Assembly (NCBI GenBank): GCA_963750165.1
Contig: CAVVPN010000011.1
Span: 384,001 to 448,000, forward strand
Direction of reading: 5' to 3'
DNA from: an uncultured Gemmataceae bacterium
Lineage (GTDB): Bacteria; Planctomycetota; Planctomycetia; Gemmatales; Gemmataceae
Length of the DNA: 64,000 nucleotides
Each line of letters begins with the position of its first letter. The stretch's first letter is position 1. The notes below the pieces were generated by a model that saw only the letters and a program-made list of their open reading frames with translations, did no database searches and was not told the origin of the DNA. Position numbers and translations under genes: made by a program. Positions 63,988 through 64,000 of the stretch are shown here, piece by piece.

Positions 63988-64000
63988 GAATCGGGGCTGC

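Noticed and set aside
1..64000. tRNA, rRNA or intact transposase/integrase genes
   Set aside because: None recognised by eye; a tRNAscan/Infernal run would be needed to exclude RNA genes

Overview
High-GC bacterial DNA whose gene content points to Planctomycetota, probably Gemmataceae (DUF1552/DUF1592 pair, TIGR02996-LRR protein, a Gemmata-type expanded family, PVM microcompartment). In order, the window holds: the end of an RND pump gene; a RES-toxin remnant; a giant polytopic membrane protein; a TPR protein with an FrpC-like self-processing module; a complete PVM-type (fucose/rhamnose) microcompartment operon with extra inserted genes; a two-component system plus CzcA/CusA-like RND module; an rsmH copy; a decayed chromosomal integron (intI stub, attI, 4-5 attC sites, cassettes with two toxin-antitoxin pairs and a PUA-like/HNH nuclease, and a MITE in the last attC); trxB; DUF1592/DUF1552; secreted hydrolase and beta-propeller proteins; dnaK; pheA-aroF; and, at the right edge, a candidate bacterial ubiquitin-like E2-E1(ThiF) operon. 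About ten 1-2 bp frameshifts, several in homopolymers and including dnaK and pheA, most likely reflect long-read assembly errors rather than real pseudogenes. All family calls come from motif recognition by eye; no searches were run.
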